This document shows, one piece after another, positions 60,157-64,000 of a stretch of 64,000 bases of DNA (the first letter of the stretch is position 1; every line of letters starts with the position of its first letter). A program made the translations under genes and the position numbers. This DNA is from a bacterium. Its GTDB lineage: Bacteria; UBA8248. The notes beneath the pieces were generated by a model that searched no databases, was not told the origin of the DNA, and saw only the letters and a program-made list of their open reading frames with translations. The DNA is taken from the NCBI GenBank assembly GCA_965207065.1, contig OZ242260.1, forward strand, positions 1,248,001 to 1,312,000, written 5' to 3'.

Positions 60157-62319
60157 TTAGCCGCGACCTTGGTTGCGAGCATCCCATGCATCGAGAAAAC
60201 GTTGGATATCTTTTCTGTCTGCCTCTGGCAGCGTGGCATCATCTACAGCTTCTTCAAGCCTTTCTCGGAAATGATCGACATCCAAGAATCGATCTAGATT
60301 TCCTACTTTAACTTGATCAATTTGTTCAGGTACGAGATCTCCCAAGCCGCCAAAGCCTCCGATATTCTGACTATACGCTTTGCTCAAAAAAACTCTTGCG
60401 AGCTTTACCAATGTTGAGTTTTCTTCGACTATTTCTGCGCACCAAGATCGAACTTCTTTTTCATTATCATTTGTCATGTGACGCCATACGTAAAGTATAT
60501 ATTCGAGATTATCTTTATGTATCAAAGTACCATCTGTATGGGCTTCCCTGATTCGCTTAAGCGTATATTCTCGCATCTTCTGAGTATCGGGTTCGGTCAT
60601 GAGAAAATTTTCGGGAGGTTGTGGGTGCTCGTTCTTGGCTGGGTAATATTCATTATGAGCAAATAAACTGAGGTCGACCAACCATCCCAAAGTTGCGTTC
60701 TCTAATGCAGCCACTAATACAGCTGATCGTTTTTCAATAGTAAAGCGCTCATTGGTCAGTGCTCGTAAAAGCCAATGCAGTCGAAAGAAATTGTCCGATC
60801 GTTCGAAACCACGTCTTTCGTCAGCAGAGTTGTGTAATTTGTCAGCAATCGCAAAAAGTGATGAAAGCAGTGGCTCCACTTTTTCATCCGGAATATCGCC
60901 GCTTCTTATTTTTAATTCGTCAAGCAGAGACGAGGCCTTTGTTCTGCCATTTGTCTGTATAACGGAAAGCGCGTTCTCAAATGTTTTTTGAACAAATTCA
61001 CTATCGGTGGCTCGACTTATTATCTCGTCTATCTCTCTACGTGAGACCGTTTGTGATGAGAGGGAAAAACGAAAATAGGTATCGAAATGCTCTTCCGCGC
61101 AAGCGCGCCTCTGCCGAGACCACGGCTGGGTGTCGCTGTAGTGAGTGTTACTCCAAATGCCCTGAAGACGGGGAAACAATCGCATCATCGCGCGACGCAG
61201 TCGGTCTCTATCTTTCTCTGGTTCGTTGTTGATGAATATTTGGTTGTATTCAGTTTCCGCATTATTCTGGCTATAGTTTGCATCGTTGCTGGCTGTGCCC
61301 ACGAGAAGACCTTTGTTGTTACGGATAGACTGATACAATTTTGGCCTAAATAATCTCAAGGTTTCGAGTGCGATGAAATCGGGTATATCCACTTCTCCTC
61401 TGACTGCTCCCCAAGTGGTTGCGAGTATGTTGGATAGACGGAGGACATCGCGGGGAGTTGTCATCTCGGGTGCAATGGCTTCATGGAACAAGTTTCCGAA
61501 ATGAACTTGATCGGGTGGTTCTGTGTCAGAAAATATCCTGTCGAAATTTTCACTTAACATCGCATGCAGTTGTGAGGACTCCGGCTTAGGCAACTCGAAA
61601 CCGGCTTGGACGATTTTCTCCAGATAATGTGCTCCTTCCGAGGGATATCGCTCGGTGACAGCCTTTTCTAGAACGTCTCTATCGTAGGCCAGAAGATAGC
61701 AGACGTTGGGTAATCTACCCACGGATTTGACTAGGCGGAAGACTACTAGAGCTTCCTCTGGAGAAAGCCGATCAAGATCATCAATGATAACGAGAAATCT
61801 CTGAGCTTGATTCTTCAGCGCTTCGGAGACCTGTTTTTGTAGAGCTTCAGCCCCAGTATCGCTTTGGATGAATCCCTCTAGAATGCTTGTTGCAGATTTA
61901 GTAAATACTCCAGCTAGGGGGCTTACCGTGGCCCCAAGGATAGGTCCGAGTAAGTTTCCAGCACTGGCGGCATGTGCACCTAGCTTAACAAAAGCCTCTT
62001 TGGCTTTTTTTGAACGTGACAAACCTGGTTCCAACCCGGCATAGAGTTCCTTAAAGAACCCGACGGCGAGAGCGTCTTCGGTGCGATAATGCCAACATGG
62101 GAAAGAAATAACTCCAATGTCATGTGACGATATTTTGAGGTGATGCCGAACCAAGTTTATGGCGCTGCTTTTACCCGATCCCCATGGGCCGTAAATTGCA
62201 ACCACACTTCCGATTGGATCAGGAATAGTGTTGATGCAATCTGAAAGGGCTTTTGCGAAGGGTGTAAAGCCAAACTGATCTTGATCGGGATTTTCAATGG
62301 GCAGATCGTTGAAATTCAT
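60157..62319 (-). CDS. KAP-family P-loop NTPase
   Basis: DLPI...DQFG, GPWGSGKSS, IIDDLDRL, YLEKIVQ, TPRDV; AT-richer than flanks. Confidence 0.92.
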   Translation of the reverse strand: MNFNDLPIENPDQDQFGFTPFAKALSDCINTIPDPIGSVVAIYGPWGSGKSSAINLVRHHLKISSHDIGVISFPCWHYRTEDALAVGFFKELYAGLEPGLSRSKKAKEAFVKLGAHAASAGNLLGPILGATVSPLAGVFTKSATSILEGFIQSDTGAEALQKQVSEALKNQAQRFLVIIDDLDRLSPEEALVVFRLVKSVGRLPNVCYLLAYDRDVLEKAVTERYPSEGAHYLEKIVQAGFELPKPESSQLHAMLSENFDRIFSDTEPPDQVHFGNLFHEAIAPEMTTPRDVLRLSNILATTWGAVRGEVDIPDFIALETLRLFRPKLYQSIRNNKGLLVGTASNDANYSQNNAETEYNQIFINNEPEKDRDRLRRAMMRLFPRLQGIWSNTHYSDTQPWSRQRRACAEEHFDTYFRFSLSSQTVSRREIDEIISRATDSEFVQKTFENALSVIQTNGRTKASSLLDELKIRSGDIPDEKVEPLLSSLFAIADKLHNSADERRGFERSDNFFRLHWLLRALTNERFTIEKRSAVLVAALENATLGWLVDLSLFAHNEYYPAKNEHPQPPENFLMTEPDTQKMREYTLKRIREAHTDGTLIHKDNLEYILYVWRHMTNDNEKEVRSWCAEIVEENSTLVKLARVFLSKAYSQNIGGFGGLGDLVPEQIDQVKVGNLDRFLDVDHFRERLEEAVDDATLPEADRKDIQRFLDAWDARNQGRG

Positions 62320-62404
62320 TATTTGAAAAACCTGCTTGTCAAACACCATGGGCGGGTTAGTGCATAGTTACAAAACCCCTAAACCACCTCAACCCCTAAC
62401 CCCC

Positions 62405-63727
62405 CTAAAAGTTAGACTCCAGAATCCACACGCCGGCGCCCAGGCGTTCGCTGATGTAGGCCCTGCCGTCGGCGGCCATGTAGACGTCGTCCACCTGGAC
62501 TTGCAGGAGTTCGTAGTCTCTTCCCCACAGGGGGCGGATGGGGTCACGCCTGGGCGTTTCGGGCACGTAGTGGGCGACTTCCTTAGGCTTGAGCGGGTCT
62601 TCGATATCGAACACGCGCAGGCCCCCGTTGAACCAGGTCATGTAAACCCGGTTGTGATCTATGAGCGAATCCGGGCGGTTCTCGTGCAGGTTGTGCGGGC
62701 CGGAGCGTCCGCCGCGCTCGGCGTAATCGCCCTCGGGGTGCGGGAAGGTGGAGAGCACCTTCGGGTTTTTCTCATCGGTGATGTCCATCACGCGGATTTG
62801 TTTTTCGATGTCCTCCATGTCCTCCGCCGTGCATTCATCCGACACGATGCAGAGGTTCCGCTCCGGCAGGGGCAGTACCGAGTGCGTGGCCGAGCTCTCC
62901 TCGGGCGGCCACTGGGTGTGGCTGATGAGGGTCGGGTTCGTGATGTCGGCGATGTCCAGGATGATGAAGCCCGAATCCCACCACGCGCCGTAGGATCTAT
63001 CGCCCACGTTCATGGACATGTGTACGCAGGCGCGTTTTTTCTGCACGCCCTCGGGCGCCTCGCCGCCGAGCGGGATGTATTCGCCCTGTCTGTTTTTCTT
63101 GAAGCGGAACTGGCCCATCTGGTACCAGTCGCGCTCCTCGTCGTTCCGCATGCCCGGCATCGCCCAGCGGCCCACCTCCCTGGGCCGGGTGGGGTCCTTG
63201 AGATCGATGATCTTCAGGAACTGATCGATGTAATCATCGTCGCCCGCGGTCAGGAACGCGTAGCGCCCGTCGCCGAACCAGAACCGGTGCACCCCGCGAC
63301 CTCCTGTATGGAAATAGCCCAGCGGGCGGAGTTCGGGCAGGTTCGATACGTCGTAGATGTCGATTCCCGCCTTGAAGGGCTCGAAATCGGGGCCGCGTCC
63401 GCCGAACTGCTCGTTGTTGACGACCATGATGTCGCCCACGATCTGGAGCTTGTTGTTGTGCGTGTTGCGCGGGGCGGGAATCTGGTTCACGACTTTGGGC
63501 TTCCGGGGGTCCGAGGCGTCGATGACGCTCGTGCCCGCGCCGGACATGCCCACGTGGCCGCAGAGAATGAAGTCGTCCTTCACGAGAAGCTGCATGACGT
63601 CGCCCTTGTTGCGGCCGCCGAAATCGCAGTGGCCCAGGAGCTTGAAGCCGTTCGCTTCCTCGGGGGTCATCTCCTTGCCCGGTTTCCCGCGCCCCGGCGG
63701 GAGGGCCGGGTCCGGCGTGCATTCCAT
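62405..63727 (-). CDS. LVIVD repeat (beta-propeller) protein
   Basis: Repeats SVIDASDPRKP, IYDVSN, IIDLKDPTRP, ILDIADITNP, VFDIEDPLKP; conserved His residues. Confidence 0.85.
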   Translation of the reverse strand: MECTPDPALPPGRGKPGKEMTPEEANGFKLLGHCDFGGRNKGDVMQLLVKDDFILCGHVGMSGAGTSVIDASDPRKPKVVNQIPAPRNTHNNKLQIVGDIMVVNNEQFGGRGPDFEPFKAGIDIYDVSNLPELRPLGYFHTGGRGVHRFWFGDGRYAFLTAGDDDYIDQFLKIIDLKDPTRPREVGRWAMPGMRNDEERDWYQMGQFRFKKNRQGEYIPLGGEAPEGVQKKRACVHMSMNVGDRSYGAWWDSGFIILDIADITNPTLISHTQWPPEESSATHSVLPLPERNLCIVSDECTAEDMEDIEKQIRVMDITDEKNPKVLSTFPHPEGDYAERGGRSGPHNLHENRPDSLIDHNRVYMTWFNGGLRVFDIEDPLKPKEVAHYVPETPRRDPIRPLWGRDYELLQVQVDDVYMAADGRAYISERLGAGVWILESNF

Positions 63728-63841
63728 GTCATTCCCCTTGCTCGATGAGATGGCGGGATTATACCCGCGCCGGTGGCGAATCGGCCAGCGATGACGAACC
63801 TGTGGAAGAATGCGCCATCGAACGACGCCTCTGCGTCTCGG

Positions 63842-63972
63842 GGCTGTTGAAGATGGCCCCCGAAAGTGTTGTTGCCCCCTCAATGGGGGTATGCACCGGA
63901 ATGACGAGCAAAACCGCACCATCTCTTAAGGGCAGGACGCGACCTCGGACAGGCACAGGGGCCTGTCCCTAC
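63842..63972. repeat. Partial MITE end plus composite REP-like palindrome
   Basis: GGCTGTTGAAGA at 63842; GCGACCTCGGACAGGCACAGGGGCCTGTCCCTAC, nearly identical to 23692-23725. Confidence 0.7.
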
Positions 63973-64000
63973 GGCTCTCTCTCCGGTTGGTTCCAGCCGC

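Overview
A GC-rich bacterial chromosomal origin region. The left half is the core origin cluster: gyrA (partial), a cytochrome c, gyrB, recF, oriC, dnaA, rpmH, rnpA, yidD, yidC, then mnmE, mnmG, two parS sites, parA, parB and a bactofilin. The usual dnaN, jag and rsmG are missing from their canonical positions, and several insertions break up the cluster. A split nitrilase + NadE NAD synthetase and bcp follow. About 30 kb of uncharacterised catabolic and transport genes come next (BVMO, ABC and TRAP/TAXI transporters, a ThDP enzyme, DapA-like aldolases, atypical acyl-CoA dehydrogenases), and an AT-richer KAP-NTPase/HIRAN islet lies near the right end. Highlights not visible in the ORF track: (1) a selenocysteine thioredoxin (WUGTC) with a SECIS-like hairpin; (2) a soluble FliG-C/MotA-MotA fusion; (3) an AT-rich orphan gene with two tandem GIY-YIG-like domains; (4) a family of MITE-like elements with 13-bp GGCTGTTGAAAAA ends, each carrying different REP-like cargo, one of which rewrote a gene's C-terminus; (5) a KAP NTPase that seems to have displaced the translationally coupled partner of a HIRAN gene; (6) a possible orphan structured ncRNA. 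All calls come from reading motifs by eye; no database searches were run.
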